Below the pieces are notes generated by a model. That model did no database searches, was not told the DNA's origin, and was given only the letters and a program-made list of their open reading frames with translations. Position numbers and translations under genes: made by a program. A stretch of DNA of 63,294 nt, the filler included, from Octopus bimaculoides (Eukaryota), in the NCBI RefSeq assembly GCF_001194135.2. It is 8 parts of 8 records of this genome, joined end to end, with 100 filler letters (N's around TTAATTAATTAA, not from the genome) between each part and the next. Parts side by side here need not be neighbours in the genome. Positions count along the whole stretch, not along the records: positions 1 to 13,708 come from NC_068986.1; 7 more parts are not named here. One strand, written 5' to 3'. Shown in pieces: positions 1-13,218 of this stretch (positions are counted from its first letter, which is position 1; every line of letters begins with the position of its first letter).

Positions 1-9
1 GGGGAAAAG

Positions 10-128
10 GAGATACGTAGTAGTAACAGAGGAAGAACAAGAGGGGTAAGGCGAGATACGTAGTAGTACAGAGGAAGAACAAGAGGGGTAAGGCGAGATA
101 CGTAGTAGTACAGAGGAAGAACGAGGGG
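10..128. repeat. Tandem repeat, 42-43 bp unit, about 2.7 copies
   Basis: GAGATACGTAGTAGTA(A)CAGAGGAAGAACAAGAGGGGTAAGGC starts at 10, 53 and 95. Confidence 0.9.
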
Positions 129-206
129 GGGGGAGAAAGGAAAGAGAAAGAGATAGAGTAGCGTCGGAGGATATATATATATATATATATGTATAGAAAA
201 TTATAT

Positions 207-340
207 GTGTATTTGCGTCTGGGTTTGTTCTTCCCAACATCGCTTGGTAACCGATGTTGGTGTGTTCACGTCCCCGTAACCTAGCGGTTCGGCGGAAGGT
301 GTCGATATAACAAACACCAGGCTTACAAAATAGACAACCA
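207..340 (+). mobile_element. SINE family S1, 3' body fragment
   Basis: CAACATCGCTTGGTAACCGATGTTGGTGTGTTCACGTCCCCGTAACCTAGCGGTTCGG matches the body of the longer copy at 9548-9925. Confidence 0.8.
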
Positions 341-346
341 CACTAT

Positions 347-475
347 GTCTGTCTGTCTGTCCCTCTGTATGTATGTATGTATGTATGTATGTATGCATGT
401 ATGTACGTATGTATTCATGTATGTATGTATTCATGTATGTATGTATGTTTGTATGCATTACGTACGTATGTATGC
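347..475. repeat. (TCTG)n/(TATG)n microsatellite
   Basis: Direct reading. Confidence 0.9.
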
Positions 476-1969
476 TTAAAATGGGCTTCTGCATGGTTTT
501 TATCAAATACATCTGAGTCACAGCGTAATGGCAGTCATAAGGCTTCTGCAAAGGATGCACGCACAAAGTTGCACATGTCAATATCGACACCGAAAACACA
601 AGGCTGTGATAGAGACTTCTTGATTCTGATGCTGCACTTGAATTAAATGCCTTAAAATTTAGTTTTCAATTTTTATGGGTTTTTGCACTTTCTTTGAGGA
701 GCAAGTGAATATGTACGACTATAAGATTAGTTAATTAATAATTTTAGAGACTAAATATTTACAAAAGCAAACTAGTAAACCATAAATTATATACTTACAC
801 AATACAAAATTAAACTACTATTTGTGTTTTTATTTCTTATAATAAATACATTTCTAAATCTATTAAGACNNNNNNNNNNNNNNNNNNNNNNNNNNNNNNN
901 NNNNNNNNNNNNNNNNNNNNNNNNNNNNNNNNNNNNNNNNNNNNNNNNNNNNNNNNNNNNNNNNNNNNNNNNNNNNNNNNNNNNNNNNNNNNNNNNNNNN
1001 NNNNNNNNNNNNNNNNNNNNNNNNNNNNNNNNNNNNNNNNNNNNNNNNNNNNNNNNNNNNNNNNNNNNNNNNNNNNNNNNNNNNNNNNNNNNNNNNNNNN
1101 NNNNNNNNNNNNNNNNNNNNNNNNNNNNNNNNNNNNNNNNNNNNNNNNNNNNNNNNNNNNNNNNNNNNNNNNNNNNNNNNNNNNNNNNNNNNNNNNNNNN
1201 NNNNNNNNNNNNNNNNNNNNNNNNNNNNNNNNNNNNNNNNNNNNNNNNNNNNNNNNNNNNNNNNNNNNNNNNNNNNNNNNNNNNNNNNNNNNNNNNNNNN
1301 NNNNNNNNNNNNNNNNNNNNNNNNNNNNNNNNNNNNNNNNNNNNNNNNNNNNNNNNNNNNNNNNNNNNNNNNNNNNNNNNNNNNNNNNNNNNNNNNNNNN
1401 NNNNNNNNNNNNNNNNNNNNNNNNNNNNNNNNNNNNNNNNNNNNNNNNNNNNNNNNNNNNNNNNNNNNNNNNNNNNNNNNNNNNNNNNNNNNNNNNNNNN
1501 NNNNNNNNNNNNNNNNNNNNNNNNNNNNNNNNNNNNNNNNNNNNNNNNNNNNNNNNNNNNNNNNNNNNNNNNNNNNNNNNNNNNACTATTTGTGTTTTTA
1601 TTTCTTATAATAAATACATTTCTAAATCTATTAAGACACCACTCCAGAATCCTAATTAAGTAAACTTTATTTAAAATGTGTAAAAGAAACACAAACTTAA
1701 ATTATAATTAGAACAATTAAATGTTTTAATTACGGAATTTAATTTTCAAAATATTTAATGTATGGAAAATGAAGCCACTACAACATTAATTGAATGTATT
1801 TCAGCTGTAATAGATATTTATTGTCTAAATTTCCTGAGATGAGGTAGTATCACGTTTACATACCAAAATATTCATACTATAGTGTCAAGATTAGCACACT
1901 TGTGCGAATGTAACAATGATTCATAATAAATGCTTATTGGTCTGACACGTTCTTAATTCTGTAGTTAAC

Positions 1970-3600
1970 TCCGTTGCTAAGGTGATCTCTGGTCTTGATC
2001 CGCCTAAAGCACCTAGATCTGAACCATTCCTGCGGTCGTCTTGGAACAATATGCTCCTCAGTTGTTTTCTTTGCTCTCTTAGGTATTTAATCTTTGTTTT
2101 GCTAAATCTTGTTTTCGTTCTTGCTCGAAGGAATCTAATGCTGTTCGACTTGTTTAGAATGATGCTGAACCTTCTCATCCAAACACATATCGTTGTGTGC
2201 GTCTCCTCACAGTTGTTAGCAAAATGTCAGTTGAGTTTCTTGAAAGACTGGGACTCCATGTTGATGCATGGTTTTCGTGGCTCTCGTTTTACTGTTGCAC
2301 TTTTGCTACTCATTAATAGCTACATCAGGAGAGCCTCATGCTCATAGTTCAAAAGCCTATGATAAGTTTNNNNNNNNNNNNNNNNNNNNNNNNNNNNNNN
2401 NNNNNNNNNNNNNNNNNNNNNNNNNNNNNNNNNNNNNNNNNNNNNNNNNNNNNNNNNNNNNNNNNNNNNNNNNNNNNNNNNNNNNNNNNNNNNNNNNNNN
2501 NNNNNNNNNNNNNNNNNNNNNNNNNNNNNNNNNNNNNNNNNNNNNNNNNNNNNNTAGCTACATCAGGAGAGCCTCATGCTCATAGTTCAAAAGCCTATGA
2601 TAAGTTTTCTAATTCTGGTTTGCTACACAAGCTCTCTGCATCTGGTGTATGTTGAAAGGTCGGTGATATTATCCGGTCGTTCCTTTCTGGTCGTTGTATG
2701 TGTGTCATTCTGGACCGTGTTACTTCTTTTGAGTACTCTACCAATGCCGGGATCAGTTCTTAGTCCGACCCTCTTTATCCTCTACATCAACGATCTTCCT
2801 GCCAATTTTTTTCAATACATCAATTTATATGCTGTTGATTACAACTCTTTAACCTACTTTAATTGGCAAACCCACCCCATTGAAACGGTTGGAATTTGTT
2901 CCTAGACGTCCAATGAATCTACAGGCTGTTACGTAAGGGGGCCAGAAGTGACTCAGAACTTTCAAGCCTGACCAAACTCATGTCTTTCAGTAGGAAGCGG
3001 GATCCCTAACTTTCTCCCATTTACATGAGTTATTGGTCTGGGGTGTCACAGTCTAACAAGTTGAGGAAACTCTTCTTTGAAATTGCTCGATCTTACTTTC
3101 TCATCTGATTTTCTTTGGGGTTTTTACATGCAGTCAATCGGTAGTTACGCTTACTGCATGTTGGGTCATTGTGTATGCCAAATCACTACTTCAAATCCGA
3201 GACCATTTTTTATCTTTACAAGTCCATAATTCATCCTTGTATAGAGTACTGTTTTCATATTTGAGCAGGTACACCATTTTGTCACTTCGATCTCCCCGAC
3301 TAGGCTCGCAAGCGAGTCTCTGCTTTGATTTGTCTCTCTCTGGCTTAAACACTGCAGCCCTTGCGACAGTGAAGTGACGTCACCAATCTTAGTCTTTTCT
3401 ATCGTTATTTTCACAGGAAGCGATCCGATTAAATTTGTCGTCTGATTCGAGACTCATCCAAATGCTGTTGTGCTTCCACTAATAAGGAAATCTCTCTTTG
3501 CCCGCAGCTCTTTTCCTTGAACTTTGGAATTCTCTCCCATCTCATTATTTTTCTCCTTATAACTTGAATTTATTCAAGTCTAAAGTAAATTCATTCTTTT
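1970..3600 (+). mobile_element. Decayed CR1-type LINE: reverse transcriptase and 3' end
   Basis: Fragments in order: KVISGLDPPKAP (about 1980); HGFRGSR (about 2270); PGSVLSPTLFILYINDLP (about 2745-2800); YKSIIHPCIEYCFHI (about 3215); HPNAVVLP...WNSLP (about 3455-3540). Many stops and frameshifts. Confidence 0.8.
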
Positions 3601-4515
3601 TGTCTTAATTACTCCTCCATAGTCTGACTTGCCTCCTTTAAAATTGTACCTTCGCTTTCGTTGTATCCCAATCCCAAATACTATGCCGGCGAAGCAAGTT
3701 CACTGCTTATGGCTATCTGGTATCATCCATATTAATTGCACAACTGTTGCTCGATCTACGTTAAGCATTCCTCAGCACACGTTGAATATAGTAGAAACAA
3801 TTGACACGAAAGACAGAATATACTGGAAGCGTTATTTATCACAACCATCGTTTTGACATGTCCTTCACCGTTCGCTCATGGTAGGGAAACTATACAATGA
3901 ATTCCAATGCCCACCACCGTGCAGAAGTATGCCTTCAGGTGATATAACTTGATTTCTCGTTACACAAATGACGTTTTGCTCTTGAGCTTAACTAAAGCAT
4001 GTTGAGAGTCGTATCTAAAATTCATTGAGGAGGAATGAGGAATGGCAAAGATTAGATTAAGTTGCTAGCTTGAGGATACAAACAGGAAGTAACTGAGAAA
4101 AATACAATATTAAGAATAAAGAAAGATTAAGCATACAATAAATTAAAATGAAACACACTATAAAGTGCGCCAGTGTCAGACAGACTCATCAATATATATA
4201 GACTTCTCAACATTCTGAAGAGATCTGTCAATTAAATTGGCAAATCGAAACGATCGTAAATGGAACATTACATAATCTCTACCTAAATTAATTAGCGCAA
4301 TCGACCTGCTTCTTCCTGTGTTTGTTTCTCTATTCTCTACATGATTATACTTATAAACTACGGTTAACACGATAAATTACCTGCCTATGGATACCTTCTA
4401 ACAAAAACAGTACCCACACAGGTAATCTCCAGGAGCGCCTTCGGATTTAATTATCCCTTTGTTTAAACACTTCTAGCCTACCACTTGAATGTTTAAACAA
4501 TCTTAACTTATACTT

Positions 4516-4524
4516 ATATATATA

Positions 4525-4587
<63 letters not shown>
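4516..4587. repeat. (TA)n microsatellite
   Basis: Direct reading. Confidence 0.95.
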
Positions 4588-4590
<3 letters not shown>

Positions 4591-5207
4591 TCAACAGGCA
4601 TATAGATGCGTATGCATCCACATATACGTGCATACAGTCAAATACGTGGACTCACACAAACAGACACACACATACATATATGCGCATACGTGAGGGAATA
4701 TACTCACGCATGTCCGTTCACACGTTAATCGCTATGTGGGTACATACCAATACTAGTACAACGACGAACATTTACGTACACATTTGTACATATAAATATG
4801 TACGTATTCCTTAACCATACAGCCATGTATGTGCGTATCGCATACAGTCAACTTTGTTACATGTAAAAATGACGAAAGCCATCAGTAACCAACCACACGT
4901 TTCCTCGAAAGTAATTTCATGATAGATTTCCCCGAAGACGAGAACCGTTTAGAAACATTTGTATACGTATTTCCTTATAATCTTATAGGCTTATTTCCTT
5001 ATTTTCCTTCTTCAAAATTTGAATAGAGGGAATTACTTTTCAAAAATGTTCTCTTTCTTTTTTCCTACCTTTTTATTCTAAATTCTACCCTTTTTAAATT
5101 TATATTCGAACTGTATGATCTTTCTCCCTCTTTTCTTTTGATATTCTACTCTTGCGTTTTTCCATTTCCTTTCTCTTTTACCCGCCTCTCTTCCCCACCT
5201 CACTCTC

Positions 5208-5208
<1 letters not shown>

Positions 5209-5271
<63 letters not shown>

Positions 5272-5285
5272 CCTCTCTCTCTCCT
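5209..5285. repeat. (CT)n microsatellite
   Basis: Direct reading. Confidence 0.95.
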
Positions 5286-6006
5286 ACTTCTATCCACTTA
5301 TGTTTAATTCATCTGAAACCTGAAAGATCTATTCCTGTTTTCACTGGTGTGTTGTTTTTTTTTCCTTGATCGCCTTTAATTTTTTAAAACTTTTTCTTCT
5401 TATTGTACATTTTGATTTATATTGAAAATTTCTGGTTGTAATTCTTACATTGACATTAATTTTGCATTCTCCAGCCGTTCATCGATAAGTTTTCTTCACC
5501 ACTAATCTAGAAACAAAACAAATTTGTCTTCTTTGTCGTATCAACCAGTTTTTATTTATTTATATATTTATTCATTCATTCATTTATTATTATTATTTTT
5601 TTTTTTTTTTGTAAATTATTATTTTAATTATAAATCGAATGCTGAATGAAATGAAACACACAGAAGACCTTATATGGCCGTTTGACGGAGTTAAGTTAAC
5701 AACCAAGTCTTTTTGAAAGCATACTCTACACTTCTGACATATCGTAACAAAATGACAAAGACAAGATAGGTTTATTTCTGTTAGAGCGACCTCGACCATA
5801 AATTTGTTCGACCGCAACTGATATGCGACAAGGCGGGAACAAAACCGATAACCAAATAACACTAATTGGGTAATTCCACCAGAACGAACTTTAGCCATAT
5901 CCCCACCAGGAGGTTGCTTACACTGCATAATGAAAATATAGTCAGGCTTACATTGTATAATCAAAATGCTGAGGCATATCGTGTTTATATATACCTTCGT
6001 AGTAAA

Positions 6007-6325
6007 GGTGCGTGGCTTAGTGGTTAAGGTTTTCGGCACACGATCGTAGGTCATGAGTTCAATTCCCGGCGACGCGTTGTGTCCTTGAGCAAGACACTTT
6101 AGTTTACGCTGCTCCAGTCCAATTAGCAGACTTAAAAAAGTAGTGTCTGTATTTCAAAATACAGCTTTTTCACATTCTGTGTCACCCCGAATTTCCCTCA
6201 GAATTATGTTAATGGTACACGTATCTGCGGAGTGCTCGGCCACTTGCACATTGATTTCACGAGCAGGGCTGTTCCGTTGATCGGATAAACTGAAATCCTC
6301 GTCGTCATAACCGATGGAGGGCTAT
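6007..6325 (+). mobile_element. tRNA-derived SINE family S2
   Basis: A box TGGCTTAGTGG and B box GAGTTCAATTCC, then GTGTCCTTGAGCAAGACACT. The body recurs inverted at 33640-33840 and the head at about 35755. Confidence 0.8.
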
Positions 6326-6516
6326 ATGTTCCATCATAGATCTGGTATATCAGTGCTGACCTACGGCTCAACAAATATAACAACTGCAACAATGTATTTA
6401 AACATTTTCATCTCAAGTAACTTTTCCCATGTTATACCTTAATTTCATAGTGATTTATATGTTAAATACGAAAAGTTAAATATCTTCATAAAAGCAATTC
6501 CAGAAAATAACTGAGA

Positions 6517-6890
6517 AGCAGGCGTAAATGTGTGGTAAGAAATTTGCTTTCTAACCACATAGCTCTGAGTTCAGTCCCACAGCATGGAACCTTCGGCATG
6601 TGTCTTATGCTACGGCTTCAGGCCGATGAAAGCATTGTGAGTGGACATGGTAGACGGAGGTTGAAGAAAGAACTGTCGTATATGTAAATATGTGTGTGTA
6701 TGTGTACATGTGTGTACGTGTGTGTATGTGTATGTGTGTGTCTGTGTGTGCGTGTCTCTGTTTATACCACGGCACTGCATGACAACCGGTGTTGTTCAGT
6801 TTATGTCCCCGAGATTCGGTAAAAGTAACCGAGAGAATTTTAGTAACCGAAAAAGTTTTAGAGTCGATTCACTCGAATAAAATATTTTCA
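6517..6890 (+). mobile_element. SINE family S1, diverged copy
   Basis: Collinear with 9548-9925: head, GTAGACGGA motif, (TG)n, body. Confidence 0.8.
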
Positions 6891-7279
6891 AAACGTTTTC
6901 TCAGAATGGCCGCATTCTACTGACTGAATCAAGTAAAATGCAGAAGATAACTGGTTTTGTAATTGAAATGGGGAAGAAATCGTCATGAGAAAGGTATCTA
7001 TATGTACACACATAGACATACATATATGCACATATGTGTGTGTATATATATATATATATATNNNNNNNNNNNNNNNNNNNNNNNNNNNNNNNNNNNNNNN
7101 NNNNNNNNNNNNNNNNNNNNNNNNNNNNNNNNNNNNNNNNNNNNNNNNNNNNNNNNNNNNNNNNNNNNNNNNNNNNNNNNNNNNNNNNNNNNNNNNNNNN
7201 NNNNNNNNNNNNNNNNNNNNNNNNNNNNNNNNNNNNNNNNNNNNNNNNNNNNNNNNNNNNNNNNNNNNNNNNNNNNNNN

Positions 7280-7314
<35 letters not shown>

Positions 7315-7399
7315 AATGTATATATGTATGTATGCATGTATGTATGTATATGTGTGTGTGAGAGTGTGTTTTTTTTTTGTGTGTGTGTGTGTGTGCGTG

Positions 7400-7590
7400 T
7401 TACTGACCGCTAAATCCGCAGGTTTTTTATTCTTCCTCTGTTTATTTCCTCGTATTCTTTTCTGCTGAAGAGCGTAGGCTCGAAACGTAAAAGACTTCCT
7501 CAACTTACCAAGCGTCAAACTAAGACACGTGCTTGTTGTTTATACACCTGTATTTGTCTTTTGTTTTTCTGTAAATTTCAACTTATATAT
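7400..7590 (+). mobile_element. Penelope-like terminal repeat (pLTR-type) fragment carrying a hammerhead-like motif
   Basis: A second copy lies at 23850-24020 (GAGC[G/A]TAGGCTCGAAACGTAAAA...AGCGT[C/T]AAACTAA). Hammerheads in Penelope terminal repeats are established; the class assignment is inferred. Confidence 0.55.
7458..7493 (+). ncRNA. Putative minimal type I hammerhead ribozyme with variant core
   Basis: TTTT-CTGCTGA-A-GAGC(GTAG)GCTC-GAA-ACGT-A-AAAG: stem I, core CUGCUGA, 4-bp stem II, GAAA, loopless palindromic stem III, GUA triplet. Confidence 0.45.
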
Positions 7591-7631
7591 GTATGAATAT
7601 ATGTATGTATGTATATGTATGTGTGTATATG

Positions 7632-7662
<31 letters not shown>

Positions 7663-8169
7663 GTATATGTGTGTGGGTGTGGAGATGCGTCTGTATTTTG
7701 GGGATGAAAAATTTTTACTTCATATATGGATATTTCTAGTTAGATTTGTATGTATGAATATCGATGGTTTTCCCTTCAGCACACGTTCATTTTCATAATT
7801 TCCTACAATATTGTTTCTTAGAGTAATCATATGCGCTCTTTCTGTCTGTCTGTCTCTCTCTCTCTTCCTCCCTCTCCCTCTCCATCTGTCTGACTGTCTG
7901 TGTCTCTTTCTTTCACTCTCTCTCTCATTTTTCACGTATATTGCCTATCTTTGAGTAAGTATATATCTATATATATGTGCGTACGTGTGTGTATGATTGT
8001 TTGTATGTGTATACGCACATATATATTAATGTGTGTGAATAAGTATGCGCGTATGTCTGTGCGTGTGTGTAAGTATGCGTGTATGTCTGTGTGTTTGTAA
8101 GCATGCGTGTATGTCTGTGTGTGTATGTGTGTACACGAGTATGGATATATGCTTATATATTGTTCTTAT

Positions 8170-9130
8170 TGAGAACTTAGTCAATATAAGATCGATATTC
8201 GTAAAGCTCTTGGTGATTCACTGTCAGATGTTTCATGGTCAAACTTCAAACAAAAGTTTATGTCACTCCTGCCAATATATTGAACCTCAGGACACGCACA
8301 GACAAAGATTGGTTCGATGAAATTAAATCAGATATATCTGTGTTCCTAGACATCGAGTATAAATTACTAAAGAAATTTCTGAATTCTACTTTATTTGAAA
8401 AAGAACGTTTGAGGAAATAGGTGTTATTGACGCCCAATATATCGGCGTTGCGAGGAAAAGTGAGGTGAAAAATGACTCTAAATCAATGTGGAACTTCTGT
8501 ACCAAGATATTTAATCCGCGCTGGTCGACAACTATTCCTCTCTGTTTCAAAGATAAATATACCTTGATCAGTGATACTGAAGTTATTGTGATGCCAAGGA
8601 GAGAGCATCTCACAGAATATTCGCACAAGAACTAAATAGATGAAAATATCATAGAAAGTCTTTCTCAGTACCATGTTATTGAGAAAAGATATAGAAATTA
8701 CATTACAGGATGAAAAGCGGTTCAAAGTTCCTTCCAAAGCCATGGGCTCATGTGTCTGTTTTCTCGGATTCTGCGGCGTATACAATCTATTCAGCACAGA
8801 ACACTGGTCGTCGCAAGATCACTCATTTTTTCCAGCTGAGCGCACAAAAACATAACGCATCGCCTGGTCCATCAATCACCACTAAGTCGCGCGCCTCCAT
8901 AATTGAAGAACAAGGAAAGTCAGTATTGCCATTAAACAGATCAACTCATGCTGTACCTTAAGTTTTGATAGTTATTAATTGTTATAAATACAGACTGCTG
9001 TTATCAAGTATGTTGGGTATGTAATGGCTGATCTTGTGACCACATTCATTATGAATGTGTGGAATGTTCCACGTGCTTGGAAAGGTGCCATACTGATATC
9101 GCTACGCAAAGGAAAATGTTAAATTGAAAC
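8170..9130 (+). mobile_element. Decayed RTE (BovB-like) LINE fragment
   Basis: RTRTDKDWFDEIKSDI resembles the RTE DWFDEN motif; NVPRAWKGAILISLRKGK (about 9060-9120) resembles the start of the RT domain. Multiple stops. Confidence 0.65.
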
Positions 9131-9547
9131 GTGGTAAATTTCACCGTATTTCCGAACATTTTAACTGTTAATAAGATATTTACGAAAATTTTATCGAATC
9201 ACTTGCAAACAAACGTGTGCCCCGTCACCATCCCATAATCTCAACGTGAATTTTCAAAAGGCTGAATCATCGCACATTTTATCTTAAGGGCTGGAGACTT
9301 GCAGGAGAAGTGTAGAAAGCAGAGAATAACTTAAGAGAGCTGAACCACCTAAAAATGATTGACATGGTGACTATACTCGCACTATCTGTTATTCAGTGAA
9401 AGCTGAGAAACTCAGAAAGTGACATGCAAGCCTACTTCAAATCTAGTCTTGCTCTGAGGCGAAACGATAAATGTGGACAGTAGTTTCAAACAAGATGCAT
9501 ACCTTTACCTTATATTTCCCATATATTTTCAATTGTAATTATTCATA

Positions 9548-9925
9548 GGCGCAGGAGTGGCTGTGTGGTAAGTAGCTTGCTTACGAACCACAAGGTTCCG
9601 GGTTCAGTCCCACTGCGCGGCACCTTAGGCTTTGTGTGTGGATTTGGTAGACGGAAACTGAAAAAGCCCGTCGTATATATGTATATATATGTGTGTATGT
9701 ATATGTTTGCGTGTCTGTGTTTGTCCCCCCAACATCGCTTGACAACCGATGCTGGTGTGTTTAGGTCCCCGTAACTTAGCGGTTCAGCAAAAGAGATCGA
9801 TAGAATAAGTACTAGGCTTCCAAAGAATAAGTCCTGGGGTCGATTTGCTCGACTAAAGGCGGTGCTCCAGTATGACCACAGTCAAATGACTGAAACAAGT
9901 GAAAGAGTAAAAGAGTAAAGAGTAT
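9548..9925 (+). mobile_element. Near full-length tRNA-derived SINE family S1
   Basis: A box TGGCTGTGTGG, B box GGTTCAGTCCC, internal (TA/TG)n and a GTAAAAGA tail. At least ten related fragments occur in the window. Confidence 0.9.
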
Positions 9926-10959
9926 ATATTCTGCAACTGTGATGTAAGTATTTTTGTTCCTCTCGCATATCAAGTAAACTGATTAATGAATTGAAAATTA
10001 AATCCAAGTGAACAGTAGTTCTCAATTCTTTGTACATAAACGATTATTATCTGGTGGTTCACTCAAATAACAATATTCACAAAATAATGCGTTTCTTCTC
10101 TAATGCATGCACTGCTTTTGGTCGACAAAGAAATTAAAGAAGACTAAAAAGATACTTACGTCTGCACCAAGTGTACTCTAGCTAAAAGTGAACATATTTC
10201 TTCACTGAACTCATGCAATATAAACTTTTGTGTACCTAGTAAACCTCTTTCTCCAGGAATAGATCTTCGAGGTTAGAAGACTTCAATCCCGTTTGGGAAA
10301 CTGGAAAAATGATATTGGCAATGAGGTTATTCAAATATTTCCCTGAAGCTTTATTTCCATGACGCTTACATCACACCAACCCAACCATACTCGTCAGACA
10401 CATGAACATCATACAGACAGCACATCAAGATACACGACGGATTTCACTTGGAAATTTTAAGACGCAAGCAATAATATATAAACAATCAGTAACTTAGATG
10501 CTACAAAACTAGTTTCAACAAAGATTTTACTTTCAAAGGAAAAGGAAATATCCCTGCCATCCTTTTGTTTCTAACTCTTTCCTGCAAATATTTCCTGACT
10601 CTTCCCCTTCTTCTTATCATTATCATTATGTCCCATTTGTTATGCGACTACTTCTTTATCCCCACATTTTTCGCCCATCCAATAAACGAGTCATACAGTT
10701 ATTTTTTACAGACGTCAGAGTATATAATTTGACGCCATTTACTTGCAGATACATTGATCTACCCTCAAATTTATGTATAAGACTTATAAGACCAACGCAA
10801 TATACAGGCGAGAAGGTTGGAAGTAGTAGCTAATGTTTTACTTTAAAAGTGAAATGTATATGATAATCTACTGAAAGGTATTGGATGATCCGTCAATTCC
10901 ATTCTTGAATGTTTCATACATATGTATGCATAAACACAAACATAAATGATATAAATACA

Positions 10960-10997
<38 letters not shown>

Positions 10998-12104
10998 AAC
11001 TAGATATATAAATTAAATATACACTACATTCCGAGATGTCTTTGTAGCCATTTGACTTGCTAGATACAGCAGCTATGTCACCTTCAGTTCAAAGCTTAAC
11101 TTCTTAACAGAGGCACGTTACACCAGACAAATTAATCGAGACACACACTGCTTTAAGAATACAAAAAAGTTAGTTGACATGGCATGCCTGGAATACCTGC
11201 AATCAGAGACCTACGCGATTATCACCAACCTGGTGTTAAATGTTGACAGTAACGGAACAGCAGCTATTGCTGAATATATGCCAATGGTTGTTGCGTTTTC
11301 GCTCCTAATCAAATTTGATCTAACTAATAAATTACCAAAGCCATTCTACTCGGTGCCATACATCATATACTGTATAGTGTATACAACTACAACGTCATAA
11401 ATTTATGTCTAAGTTCTCGAAGGTTTGATATGAGCTGAACGTGATGTGTTGCCTTTTTCAATCAAATTTAGTCATCACTTTCAGATTCCCCTATTGACTT
11501 GTTTCGCATGATGTATCTTATATGTAACTTTATTATATCTCATTTACCTTTGCTACATTAACTCCTAACCTAATTACACGAATCTTCTAGGGACTCATTA
11601 ATTGATACCAATAACAGGTTGAAATTAATTAATTCTGAAAAGATCAACGAAAAGTCGTAAAAATTAATTTCGGTAGGAGATATAAATTTTCTTTGAAATT
11701 ACTTCCATATTGATTTTCTTCATAAGGCTTTTGTAGGGAAGTGGTATCATGTTCGAACAGAATGCGATTGAACATGTGCAAATATTTTCTACCATAAACT
11801 GAAACTACGTAGGTGAAGTGACCGTCACAAATTGTCATGCACGCGCGCGCGCACATACACACGCACGCACACGCACACACAAACTCAGAGACTTGCGTAA
11901 GAACGTGAAATATTTCTCTTTTAGAACAGTGAAATTTGAAGCAGATATAGCAATAAATAATAGCGTGTATTGTCAGGCGGCTTAGTATAAAGGACTCAAA
12001 TCAGGAGGTCTGTTTATGCCAAACCGTGAATTCAACGAATTATGTTGGGTAATTAATCTGCTTAAAGGAAAAATATTAGACCAAAGAAATTGAACGACTG
12101 ATCC

Positions 12105-12540
12105 AATTAAGAGAGGCATTTTGAAATACACCATGAGCAGTAACGTGCCAATGTGTCTAAAAAGGAAGGTCTTCAGCCAATGTTTGCTGCTACCATTATG
12201 TATGCATCACAAACATGGACTGTCAACAAGCGCATTGAAAATAAATTAAGATCAACACAAAGAGCCATGGAAAGGAGAATGGTGAAGATTAACAAAATCG
12301 ACAAGAGAAGAAACTACAGGATAAAAGGTTTAATGGACATTATCTGAAAAAGGAAAACCCGGAAATGGTCGTTGGAAGAAAAGATAATAGATTGAATAAC
12401 AAACTGACAGAATAGACACCAGGAACAAAGAAAAAAAGAAGACCATGCAGATTTTGGAATAAATACTTTGTTTAATTCTTCGGCACTCAAACATGGTTGG
12501 CGGAGAGAACATGCTGAGGCCTTCCAGTAGTGGACTGATG
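12105..12540 (+). mobile_element. RTE-clade LINE 3' end with (TATG)n tail
   Basis: LKRKVFSQC / YASQTWTVNKRIENKLRSTQRAMERRM / KDNR..TE*TP..RRPCRFW, followed directly by (TATG)n. Confidence 0.8.
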
Positions 12541-12715
12541 TATGTATGTATGTATGTATGTATGTATGTATGTATGTATGTATGTATGTATGTACTATGC
12601 ATGTATTTATGTATGTAAGTATTTATGCATGTGGGAATATGTGTATGTATGCATGTATGTACACTGCAACACATAAGACCCTTAAAATAATAATAATGAT
12701 AATAATAATAATAAA

Positions 12716-12972
12716 TGAAGCTGAACGTAATACCAGTTATTGTTGGGTTCTTGGGAACAGTATCTTAAGGCATCAAGCGGAATATAATTGGAATAGAGTG
12801 CCCAGTAGAACAGTTACAAACGGTGTGCCTCCTTGGCATGGCCAGAATAATCAGGAAAGTATTAGATCGCTGAAAAGGATGGATAGCATAGTACCGGAGG
12901 CGGGAAGTAGCAATCCGCTATATATGTAAGACTCGAGGAGCTCCAGCAGAACCTATGATAAGGAGAAATAAA
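12716..12972 (+). mobile_element. R4/Dong-like retrotransposon, 5'-truncated (subfamily B)
   Basis: VIPVIVGFLGTVS...GIECPVEQLQ..CLLGMARIIRKVLDR* is the RLE C-terminus; flanked by (AAT)n on both sides. Confidence 0.75.
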
Positions 12973-12981
12973 GATAATAAT

Positions 12982-13032
<51 letters not shown>

Positions 13033-13218
13033 GACTTACAAATATATATAACATACCGGAAATTGCACTACTGGGCACTGCACACATCCTACGCAAAACA
13101 CTTTCAATACAGTAACAATAAGAGCATCATAGCAAACCACAGCACATACCCAAGGCACACAGAGCTGCGCTCGGTAGTGAAGTGAAAGCACGTTATAAAA
13201 ATAAAATAAAACTACTGA
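13033..13218 (+). mobile_element. R4/Dong-like retrotransposon 3' end (subfamily A)
   Basis: IALLGTAHILRKTLSIQ* plus a 3'UTR closely matching about 47944-48124; (AAT)n on both sides. Confidence 0.9.

Noticed and set aside
10-128. Repeat array as CRISPR
   Set aside because: The tandem units have no unique spacers, and the context is eukaryotic.
10160-10300. Minus-strand segment between a good acceptor (TTTTTCCAG) and donor (GTAAGTAT)
   Set aside because: Stops occur in all three frames with that acceptor. The shorter open version (SIPGERGLLG...) needs a weak acceptor and matches nothing I recognise.
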